From positions 2,749,312-2,813,311 of the forward strand of contig NC_068992.1 of the NCBI RefSeq assembly GCF_001194135.2: 64,000 bases of DNA, read 5' to 3'. This document shows positions 14,213 through 26,048 of the stretch, one piece after another. The notes beneath the pieces were generated by a model. The model ran no database searches. It worked only from the letters and a program-made list of their open reading frames with translations, and was not told the DNA's origin. Positions within the stretch are counted from its first letter, which is position 1. Every line of letters begins with the position of its first letter. A program made the position numbers and the translations under genes. The DNA is from Octopus bimaculoides. Its lineage: Eukaryota.

Positions 14213-14358
14213 TCGAAAAATACCTTAGGAATGAGAACCCAAGTTCAAAATTTCCCCAAGACACCTGATGAAAGCTGGAGGGTATATCAGCCAAAACATA
14301 TCAACAACAAACAAGATGAGGACAAATATCTGTCAAATGTAAATAATGTAAATAACAA
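14102..14358 (+). mobile_element. tRNA-derived SINE with (AAT)n linker and hammerhead-like, Penelope-type tail
   Basis: A box TGGTGTAGTGG (14109-14119), B box AGTTCGATTCC (14153-14163), (AAT)n, then GACAC-CTGATGA-A-AGCTG-N10-CAGCC-AAAAC and an AATGTAAAT repeat tail. Confidence 0.7.
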
Positions 14359-14633
14359 CATTTTCCAGTTTGCTTCTCTTCGGCACACTTTATATAAAGG
14401 GCGTTTAAAAAGTCCCCCCGCAGTAAGTATGTTAATGACTGGGGAACAATGGCTGACACCCGGCCACACACACAGTGATAGCCATGTTGCGTATGTGCAG
14501 GATGAGAAAAAATTCTCTGCAGAGAGATCTTTTGAAAAGCTAGTAGTTTCTTGCTGCCTGTGAATCAAACACACCTTTATTCCCTCTCAGCATTCATACA
14601 CACATGCACACACACACACACACACACTCTCTT

Positions 14634-14669
<36 letters not shown>

Positions 14670-14888
14670 ACTCACTCACTCACTCACTCTCTTCTCTGTT
14701 ATCTCTTTTTGCTATCATTATAGGCTTACCTCTTCCACCAACTTATGGCTCTTTGAGAATATTATCAATATCGCTTCTGCTACTGGAATCTAAATCCTAA
14801 TCTCTCTTCTCACATTCTCGACCATCAATTTCGACCTTGGACCTTCCAGCACTAGTGACCCAGAAGTTAAAAGAGATCATATCTTGGG

Positions 14889-14938
14889 ATTTATTGTGAC
14901 ATTCTGACTCTTTGACGAGACAGAATGTCACAATAAAT
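14889..14938. repeat. Perfect 18-bp inverted repeat with a 14-nt spacer
   Basis: ATTTATTGTGACATTCTG (14889-14906) and CAGAATGTCACAATAAAT (14921-14938). Confidence 0.9.
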
Positions 14939-15379
14939 TGTGCCTCTTATGGAACATCAGCCTAATTGTTGTCTCTGTATGACATTCAAAGCTCCACTGC
15001 CACCGTCACCACCAATAGCATTTATGCTCCTACCCCCTATGTACACTATATTACTTTGTTAACAGTCACGATGCGGTGATGATGTGGGAGTGGTGGGGTT
15101 CTTGTAATATTTGCATGAATTTGCATCATTTCTGTTTAGATAATCCATCATGTTGATTGATGTAACAATTCCTGCCATTTATTGAAATGATCACAACTAA
15201 TTAATAAATGTGATGCCACAGACTTTGTTTGCTCTGATTATTTTATTTCATATTCTGGAATGGATGAGCATTTTCTGGATTTATTAGTGGGCGGGGGTTC
15301 CTCTCTGTGCATCCTATGAGCTGGAATTCTGCATGGAGTGTCCACTGGGGTAGTCACCTGGATTTCTTGAATCTCCTCT

Positions 15380-15463
<84 letters not shown>

Positions 15464-16329
15464 TCAACTGCATCTCCTCCACACCACCTACCCAAAACAC
15501 TCCATCCGCCAACCTTGGCCAGATTTTGTGGTACTTTCTCAGTTCATGGTTGAAAAATTCACTAGAATTATACACCCCTTACCTTAGTTCACGAATCGCA
15601 TATCCTTTAACTGAATCCTAGTACTGCCATTTATTCTGATGAACCTGAAAATATTAATACTGTTAGAAGCATCCTGTTTATGAAATATGATCATGTTCAT
15701 TGTAGTTGAGTTAAATTTACTGGCAATTACTTCGGAGCAAAAGAGAATATGTATTTAAAGGAGAATTGATTGTGAGAAAGCTTTTCAAGAAATAGATTAG
15801 AACAAGTATTCTATATTTAAAATTATTTTAAAGTTATCAAATTAAACTTTCACAATCGGTAAGACCTGTATTAATGGAATGGCATTTTAAAATAATTATA
15901 TCAGGTTAATTAATCTTAATCAAATATGTAGCTCTAAAGTTTAACCTCTGCTGTAACCTCTGATCTCTCATTATAAGATTGAGGTTTTAGTTTTAATACT
16001 ATTTTGTAATTAATCATCATGTAATTGAAACTGTATCACAAAAGTTTTCAGAGTTCTTTCGAAAATATTTTACCTTTTCTCTTCCTCGAAGCAAATTAAT
16101 TTACTTCACTTTAAGAATCTTTTGTACTTAACAACTTTACTATTTGTTAATGCAGGCCATCATGAGTTATAGCAATTTCTATGATTTCACAGCAAGGTAT
16201 CTACTTTGTCAAATAATTCAATAGACCAGCTGTAGAAATTGTATGTTGGTAACTTTGTAGCCAGTAATGACCCTCACTAGCATAGCATCTCCTAATATAA
16301 AACTGAGCATAGTGTTTTTTATATATTTG

Positions 16330-16361
<32 letters not shown>

Positions 16362-16369
16362 TGTATGTA

Positions 16370-16432
<63 letters not shown>

Positions 16433-16435
16433 ATG

Positions 16436-16484
<49 letters not shown>

Positions 16485-17716
16485 TCATCATTGTTTAATG
16501 TCTGCCATGACTACAGCCTCTTTTGGCTTGACAGGTCAACACAAGCACGATATATCACCAAGGGTCTTGGTCAACTGTTACCGCTTCTATGAGGCCCAGT
16601 GCTCAAACGGTACTTTTTATGTGCCACTGACACAGGTGCCAGTCAGACAGCACTGGCATTGGCCACAACTATGATTTCATTCAGCTCGACAGGTCTTCGC
16701 AAACACAACATTCATAATATTTAACCTCCCCTCAAGATGGCGAGCTGGCTGAACCATTAGCACACCTGACAAAATGCTTTGTGGTATTTTGTCTGTCTTT
16801 ACTTTCTGAGTTCAAACTCTACCAAGGTTTGACTTTGCTTTTCGTCCCTTTCGAGGTCAATACAGTAAGTACCAATTGAGTACAGAGGGTCTCAATCATC
16901 GTACTTGAAACCAATACTTGATCTTCCCAAAGATACTTGTCCACAACACCACACATTGTAACTAACCAAGAAACCTTGGAATTGCACAAAGATTTTTTTC
17001 TTTCTTTTTTTTTCAACTACACAGGCATGCATGAGACATATCTGTCACATTGCTGAAAATTAGGTCTTTGGATTAAATAATAGCACACTATTGACACCAT
17101 CTATTAATTCTGTCTAACTTTAACTGCTGCTATGTTCTGTTGGATAAAAACAGAATTTCTTTCATTAAAGAATATAATGACATTGCAAATGAGAGGTATC
17201 AACCAACACCAACTCACAAATTCTAATAATAATAACAATAATAATAATAACAATAATAATAATAACAATAATAATAATAACAACAACAATAATAATAATA
17301 ATGATGATAATAATAATAAGGATAATAATAATGATAATAATAATAATCAAAATGACAATTCTGTGGTACACTGGTATTAAACAAATGTCAAATGTAATAT
17401 TCAGTGTTGAGATGTTTTATATTTCTTTAGAAATACATTTGATTTCTCTTCCCACACCTACCCACCCCCTCTCTCTCTCTTTCTCTCCTTCTCTGTCTCT
17501 CTCTCATTCTCTCCTTCTCTGTCTCTCTCTCATTCTCTCCCTCTGTCTCTCTTTCTAAACTGCACCACTACCACCACCACCACTCCTCGTCTCTTCTCTG
17601 TGTGTCTGGGAATTTCTTCTCAATTGCCACTAAAATATTTGATACTATGATTATGTTTTTTCTTGTTGCAATTTAGTTTTCTAGGATTTCCATTTTAAGT
17701 TTTGGAGACAATTATC

Positions 17717-17759
<43 letters not shown>

Positions 17760-17769
17760 NNNNNNNNNN

Positions 17770-17812
<43 letters not shown>

Positions 17813-17981
17813 ATATGGATAGATACAGAGAGAGAGAGAGGTGGAGTGGAGGAAGAAAATAAGAAAGAAATAAAATTTCAAGATTAATTTTCATTATGAG
17901 TCAAATTGATTTGTGAAAAGTTAAGATGCAAAAAGCTCATATATACATACACATGCATGCACGCACACAATGTGTGTGTGT

Positions 17982-18028
<47 letters not shown>

Positions 18029-18694
18029 AGCTTTCTTCATCCTAACTTTTCACAAATCTTATATACACATATACACGTCTGTGTTTATGAGTGTGTACAT
18101 GGGTGTGTTTATATATATATATTTATATATATATATATATACACACGCATATACATACAAACATACATGGACATATAAGCTTGCTTTTTCTCACCTTTTC
18201 TCCCCTTCCCACCCACCACCAAACACATAAATGAGTTGACTTTCTGTTCTTTTATTCTCTTCTGTTGAAGAATTCTGGAATCCATCAAAAGTAGAATGAG
18301 CAAAATCAATAAAATATAAAATAACCTCAACGTATCAACTCTTGTGTAGGCCTTTGGAGAGTATCGGCTCGGCTGGTATATAATCATCTACAGATGGATT
18401 GACTTAGACATAGAGAATGGCTTTTGTCAGAGGAATTTGCATGAAGGGGAGGAGTAAGAAACATGTTCTGATGCAGTTTCTTTAATTCTTAGTTTCTTGG
18501 TTCTGTTGCTTGAAGTGGTTACTTATTTGCTGCTGACAGATTTGCCAGTGTGTAGAATATGGTAATAGCAGAAATCCTAAGACATCAAATGCAGGAATAT
18601 CAGGTTTTCTTTCATGAAGACAGAAAACTTGGTCAGGGATAACACTATCTTTTTTAACTTGTTTCTGTCATAAGACTATGGGCATATTGAGGCC

Positions 18695-19045
18695 ATGCTG
18701 GGGCTCTACCTTGAAGAATTTTAGTGGAATCAATCGACTTCAGTACTAGTTTTTTAAGCCTAGTACTTATTCTATTGATCTCTTTTGCTGAACTGATAAG
18801 TTACCAGGATGTAAACAAACCAATATCGGTTGTCAAGCAGTGATGGAGGACAAATACAAACACAAAGACCCCCCCCCACATATATATGTATACATATGAT
18901 GAGCTTCTTTCAGTTTCCATCAATTCAATCCACTCACAAATCTTTAATCAGCTTGAGGCTATAGTAGAAGACATTTTCCCAAGGTGCCATGCAGTGGGTC
19001 TGAACCCAGAACGATGTGGTTGAAAAGCAAACTTCTTACCATGCA
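18695..19045 (-). mobile_element. SINE family B
   Basis: Reverse complement of the 35305-35790 type copy. Further partial copies lie at about 11100-11400, 19690-19810, 20265-20380, 46850-46995, 52340-52512 and 54600-54770. Confidence 0.7.
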
Positions 19046-22000
19046 CCACATGCATATGCTACTTGGAACTTGCTTGAGAAAGAATCTCAGGATTGCAGAA
19101 AGATGGTTTCAGAAATTTTATTTCCACCATGTTCAGCTTTTTTTTTTTATTTCTCTTGTTTTTATTTTATTTTAATCTTATAAAAATTTTTACAAGATAT
19201 CTTATTATATTCCCTGATGAAAAATTTCAGTTAAAATTTTGTAATATTAAAAGCCTTGTCAAAATCATTTATATTTTGTTATAAGTCAAAGTTTAGAGTG
19301 AAATTCTAAAATGTCTTAAGTTAAAGAGCATTGCGAAATTAGAATATTCAATGTATGGTTTGTATCTACAAAAATCCAAGAATATATTTTAATTAGTTTT
19401 TAACAGTTGTAACAGTAGCAGAGAGATATGTTAACTGGAAACAAGCATCAGGCTTTGTGTAACATTTAAGAAATGTTCAGGAAGTTCCACATTGTCATTA
19501 AATGATCTGATACTATAACAAAAAAGACAAAAAAAATAATCATTCATGTCTAGGTTTGTCCTTTACAATAAAATGTTAATTTGTTGTGTTCAGCTGAACA
19601 TAGAAAGTGTCTTGGTGTATGACATGGCTTTACAAATCAGGAATTTCATAAAATTTAAAATTTGTATCTTCTGTTATTTGATTAGAATTGGACAGCGACC
19701 ATGCTAAGGTACCATTTTGAAGGGTTTAGTCGATCATAACGACCCCAGGACATATTTCAACCATATACTTATTGATCTGTATTGATCTGCTAAGTTTAGA
19801 TGCATAAAGAGATAAAATATAAACTAGCTTTTAAACCGGTGTAAACATACATTCAAACATGCACACACAGACGCACACACACTCACATATTATACACACA
19901 CACACACAGAGAATATTTTGGCCGGATATGGTCGGTTTAAATGTTAAAGGGGTTATGATCCAGGATGTAGTTGTGGGAAGAGACGGTGTATAATCAACAG
20001 GTGTGGAAGCTTCTGATATTTGTAAGCTTTCCAGTTCAGATCAACATGGACAACTGAAGATAGATGCAATGTTTAAAGCCAAGTGGTTCAGATTAACAGC
20101 ACTGAATGATTTGATTAAAGTCTAAAAAGATTGATTTTAATGATGTTGAAGGCACAAAAGGCAAGATAGGTCAGACTTAAATGATAAGGAAAGAAGTGAG
20201 AAAGAAAAGTATTGATGAAAGTCAAGGAAAAAAGAATTTGGCAGTTGGGCAAAAGAGACTGATGGAATAAGTACAAGGCTTTAAAAAAATAAGTATAGGG
20301 GTCGATTCATTCAGCTAAGAATTTTTCAAGGCAGTGCCCCAGCATGACCACAATTGAATGACTGAAACAAGTAAAAGATATATTAATGCTTATGTATCCA
20401 TAAGACTAGGGATTAACTCTTCAATCTGTAGCATTATTCCAATCAGAAAAATCCCTGAATAAGCTACTGGCTTATCTTAATTAACTTTTACAAGATAGTT
20501 ACTTATATTTATAAAACTAGGTGAATTAATGGATAAAGATTTTAATGTGTTAACTTGAGATACAGCTAAATTTGAACTCATGATCCATGCAGTCCAGTAT
20601 CTTATACACTCAACATTTTCCTCTCTACTGATCCATGAATGGTTAAGTAAATATATATTGCAACACAAAACCAATTGAGAGACTTCCAATGTTTTTATGA
20701 ACCTAATAATACAACACAACTTCTGAAAATCTCAACAGTATTCTTTCTTCTTTTTTATTATTTGTGTTTTCTTGCATGAAGAAACATGTTGAGAAAATGC
20801 CAGAGGTTTAATCACAGAGTTTAACAGAATTAAAAAGAATTACTTTGGATTGATACATTCAACAACTATTGTTGGTTGTGCCAAATCATTTTCTCTCTAA
20901 AAACAGAGTAGAAGGGAGAGTGGAAGAGAGAGAGAGAGAGAGAGGGGGGGATAAAAACAATTGACCTATATTAGTAACAAAAATATTTTCTGACAATTCA
21001 TTATATTTATTGGCCATTTGTCATTTTCTTTTCCTAGTTTTCTTTTTATTTGTTGCGATATTGAACCAGAAACCATAGACAAAAGAAATATATTGGAATT
21101 CTTGATTTCAGCTTGTGATGATTTTGAGCTGATCATTTTGTAGATAAACAAATAATTCATGCACCATTAAAGCTCGAATCCTTTGGACAGGCAGCTATTA
21201 GATATATTTTGTAGTGTAAACAATTGTGTTTGAAATGGTGAGACTACAATGCCAAAAGGGAAATTTAACTTTTCTTGTAGTGTCAGGCCAGCAATAGTTG
21301 GTGTATTTATGCTATTAGAATTGGTGAACTATTCATTTTTCTCCAACGATAAACCAGTTACCCCATTGTGTTACCATCTACTAGAGTGTATCCCACATTT
21401 CAATATATTCAGTGGTTGAAAGATCTCGCTCCCGCTTCAATACAAATTTCAGTCCATTGAATTTCAAAAGATTAAGCCTATAAGAAGAATTGCAATATTA
21501 GAGGTGGTGTATTTCTGTCTGCTTTAGGTTGAGATTGCCAGTGTTAACCATTTATTGAGGCCAGGATAGGGAAAGATTGTAGCGGGTGGGTCTCAGCTAG
21601 TTATATGAAATTTATTATCTTGTCTGTTCTTCAGCCACATTCTGCTGCAACTGTGAAAACAAAAGAAGCCCTCAAAAGTAACATGGTGGCTCTACAATCA
21701 TTAATGCAATTAATTTATCACAGGATTTCTTAATGAACAATAACAGTCATTCAACATACTGTGGTAATATTGCTTGTGGCAGTTTCTTGGTATTCCTCTT
21801 CATGGTATCATTTTATACTTACATCATATGGACAATTAAGAGGTAATTTTAAAATTCTAAATACCTTTGCTGGAGATAAGGCACAATTTAATTAACATAA
21901 TGGCATTAATCTGTTGAGCAAGTATCCTGTCTGTGACTCATTCTCTCTCTTTCTCTCTCTCAGGCTAATATAATTTCTTTTTATCTTTTATTTTATAATT

Positions 22001-22344
22001 ACTTCTTTTTATGAGTTACTTGTCTGTAAATTGAAACATTAAAATTGAAAAACATAAACTGACAGATGTTTATCTCTCACACACAAGTGTAACACCTGAA
22101 AATGCTAGGTGTCAAAAGAAAGACAGTTGAGTGAGACATTTATCCTTTTTCAAGAGTCACAACGGCAATAAGAGAAACAGCTCCAAACCGAAATCAATAC
22201 TGTTTTAGTGTCACGACATCAGAATCTTAATTCTTCAAAGATTAACTAAATATCTCCAGGGGTCGTAGGTATTCAAAATATAATGCTAGAAACTGGACTG
22301 CAGCATAGATCAGGTGTGAGAGAAATCTTCCTTGAGACAAATCC

Positions 22345-23131
22345 CATCATCATCATCATTGTCATCGTTTAACATCTGCTTTCCATGGGCTGGACGGTTT
22401 GGCGCTCGAATGTTGTTTTTCAGGTGCCACTGGCACATGTGCCAGTAAGGCGACGCTGGCAATGATCATGCTTGAACGGTGCTTTTTACATGCCACCGGC
22501 ATGGGAGCCAATCCATGGCCCTGGCAACAATCACACTCGGATGTGCTTTTAATATTCCACTGGCACAAGTGCCAATCAGGCAGTACTGTCATCGGCCATG
22601 TCAGCGATTTTGATTTTGATTTCACTTACCTCATTAGGCCTTCACAAGCAAAGTCTATTGTCCAATGAATGAGGGGTACTAATAAGTGGGCTGGTTACAC
22701 TCCACTCTCGGATATTCTTTTAACGTTCCACTGGCACAAGTGCCAATCAGGCAGTACTGTCATCGGCCATGTCAGCGATTTTGATACAAAACGTTCACAA
22801 TGAAGATGAATTGTTATAAATAGGTTATAGCAGAGCAAGGGCTTTTTTGTTTAGGGTGCAGCTTTATAGTACCATCATTATCATCATCATCATCATCGTT
22901 TAACGTCCGCTTTCCATGCTAGCATGGGTTGGACGATTTGATTGAGGACTGGTGAATCAGATGGCTACACCAGGCTCCAATTTGATTTGGCAGAGTTTCT
23001 ACAGCTAGATACCCTTCCTAACGCCAACCACTCCGAGAGCGTAGTGGGTGCTTTTACGTGCCACCTGCACAGGGGCCAGTCCAGCAGTACTGGCAATGAA
23101 CTCGCTCGAATGTCTTTTCACGTGCCACTGG

Positions 23132-23135
<4 letters not shown>
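22345..23135 (-). mobile_element. Two tandem retroposon copies with RTE-type 3' tail
   Basis: Each copy starts on the + strand with (CAT)n CGTTTAAC(A/G)TC(T/C)GCTTTCCATG (22345, 22876) and contains GTGCCAC repeats. Homologous to 55020-55200. Confidence 0.75.
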
Positions 23136-23192
<57 letters not shown>

Positions 23193-24101
23193 TTACATAC
23201 ATACACATATATATATATATATATATATACATACATACATAGATATATATGTTTGGCTATATTTCTGATACATTTTTTGTTACTCGTGACAGATTTGATT
23301 TTACATAGAAACTTAATTCATTCATTGTTCACTTATCAAAAGACATAGTCAAAAGAGCTGAGCCATGTGTTTAAAGACCAAATAAGCAACTAAATACCAA
23401 AGGTTTGAAAACATCGAAATAAAGAATTTGTTCCATTTTGATTTTTTTGAAATTAGCAGAGCTGACATCTGAAGCAATCAGCTAAAAAAAAAATAACAAA
23501 ACAATCAGTGATACCTAATTTTTCTTTATTTCTTTATTTAGATTTGCTTTATTGACCAATAGAATGCTAGTAGAATGGTAAGTTTAGCAATAGAGACAGG
23601 TGTAACAAAGAAAATGAGATGCCATGCTTAATATATTATAGTATTATTTAGTTTGGTGTTTCACGTTTCAGGTTTCATCTCTGACAAAGTCCAATATTAT
23701 TTCTCTTGTGACAATGTTTAAGTATTAGATAAGGCGTCCCTCATTTCACAGATTTAAACCTCTATTTAGTTAAACATCTGCTAGAAATAGCAGCCAAATC
23801 ACCTCCAAATCACATTTTACTATCCTAAAACAGGAAAAAGCTATGTTAGACAGTATAGTTCTAAAATGCATCCATGAATAGACAGAATGTTCGTAAGTAG
23901 AACATCTTTGATCATTGTTCTGGTCAACAAATAGTGTTTTCTGGCTGAAGGAAAAATAATTGTTTAGAGATTAACTAGCCACTTTTAGCTGCTTTTGGCT
24001 ACTTTTTCTGATGAGGTGAGGCTACATGCACTTGAGCACTGTATACAATAACTCCATTATTATTTAATATCATTATTATTGTTATCATTATTATTACTAT
24101 T

Positions 24102-24646
24102 GAGTGAGAGGGCAGCACATGCCATCAAAGTAACACTGGTATGCAAATATATGAAGCCCAATATACTCATCATGACCAGCCAAATAGCCCATCATGTTCA
24201 AAAGGTCCCTGAATAAGGTTTGTTTTAGGATGATGAACAAAACACCCTTGTTTCCAGAGGTGAATTATTCAAACCTCAAATAATTCCTCGCAACACATGG
24301 CTATGATGCTCCCCTACTACGTCTCTCTTATTTTTCGAACACCTTCCAGAATATTCGAGCGGTTCCAAGCAGTGCTGTTTTCTGCAAGTGCTCCACCTTT
24401 ATTGCAACCCCTATTTCTTCCATGTACTTCTTGAGACTTTTACTCACTGTTCCCAGGGCTCCAACAATTATTGGTGTTACTACCACCTTTTCCATCGACC
24501 ACAACTGCTTAACTTCCCAAGCTAACCTGTCATAGCTCTCAACTTTTCTTTCTTCCTTATCGCATACCTTGTTGTCAGTTGGGCATGCTATATCTATGAT
24601 CCAGCATAGTTTGTTTGCTTTCTCAATTAAGACTATGTCTGGCTTC

Positions 24647-24652
<6 letters not shown>
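24102..24652 (-). mobile_element. 5'-truncated Dong/R4-clade non-LTR retrotransposon (C-terminal restriction-like endonuclease domain plus 3' UTR)
   Basis: The ORF track gives KKPDIVLIEK...IIDIACPTD...KEERKVESYDRLAWEVKQLW...PIIVGALG...LQKTALLGTARIFWKVFEK*, a PD..(D/E)..K RLE-type C-terminus. It is flanked on both sides by TAA-type repeats. Confidence 0.8.
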
Positions 24653-24687
<35 letters not shown>

Positions 24688-24800
24688 CATTATTATTATT
24701 ATTATTATTATTATTAATTGATGATATCTGGTTTAGAATTAGAATAGAGACTATTCTTTGGATGATTAGAGTAAGAGTAGTCTTATGCAGATAAAGGTGA

Positions 24801-24885
24801 GTGTTCATGGTGTGAGTATGTGATACGACAGTCTCCCCCTGTGTTCGTGGTGTGAGTATGTGATACGACAGTCTCCCCCTGTGTT
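24801..24885 (+). repeat. 40-bp tandem duplication
   Basis: 24801-24840 and 24841-24880 differ at one base. Confidence 0.9.
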
Positions 24886-25724
24886 TGTGTGTGTGCATAC
24901 AGGAAGAAACTGTGAATATTTTAATATACTTTCCAGTCATCATAATGATTTAAATTTCAATATCTATGCCTTTAACATGTAACTATAAGATTTCCATTTC
25001 ATAGAAATACCAACTTTGAATTCTTATGACCAGACAAAGAAAGCCGGTCTTCTATTTACTTAAAAGTATTCTCAAACAGGAATTGTTTTATTGTATATAT
25101 ATTAGCCATTAATTCATATTCTAATCTCCTGGTGAACTTTGTCTGTAACCAAGTTTCCAATTCCATCTGGAACTATTTAATTCCATCTTACATAAATAAT
25201 GCTGTGGAGAAAAAGATGTGTTCCTACATCTCCTTTTTCTTCCTTGTTATATCTAAGGCCCCATACCTAGGCAAGGAATCATTATTATTGATAATTCAAG
25301 AGTTCTGTCTGCTGCTAAAACTATGCTTATATGTAAGCATTCACGGTAGAACTATATACAAAGATGGCATTTAAAATTGAGAAGCAAAGCGTGGTTAGTT
25401 TTATTTCAAAATATATTTAAGGTGGATGATAGCATAATTTATATACTTAATATCCTTAACAAAACCTAGTTTTTTTATTATATTGCTGTACTTTTAAGTT
25501 GAGTTACTGCTAGACTAGTATGAAATTGCAACACTATTAACCTTATTGCTTTTATTGCCATTATTTTTAAATTGGTATAGATTCCAATCACACTTAGATG
25601 CGTTATTCCAGCATATATTCATATTTTTTTAATTGGTGTCAATGCATGATATGTACTTTTAAGGTATGGCACCAATATTTTTAACCATTTTACAACAAGT
25701 ACCTTTATGCTAAAACTAAACTGG

Positions 25725-26048
25725 CACTCGATCAATTACAATGATGGCAAGAGTTCCAGTTGACTTGATCAATGAAACAGCCTGCTCAGGAAATTAACAT
25801 GCAAGTGGCTGAGAATTCCACAGATACATGTACCCTTAGCATAGTTCTCAGGGAGATTCAGTGTGACACAGGCTGTGACAGAGCTGGGCCTTTGAAATAC
25901 AGGTACAATTCATTTTTGCTAGCTGAGTGGACTGGAGCAACATGAAATAAAGTGTCTTGCCCAAGGACACAATGCACTGCTGGGAAATGAACTCATGGCC
26001 TTACAGCCATTAGCTTATTACTCAAACCACTAAGCCACGTACCTTCAC
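25725..26048 (-). mobile_element. SINE family A variant
   Basis: Reverse complement of the 42960-43260 and 57935-58260 type copies. Confidence 0.7.

Noticed and set aside
21635-21677. Possible micro-exon (PHSAATVKTKEALK)
   Set aside because: Good acceptor but weak donor (GTAACA) and no homology cue.
8122-24020. Other CTGATGA occurrences (near 8122, 9575, 15637, 19213, 24008)
   Set aside because: No flanking stem I, stem II or correctly placed GAAA was seen.
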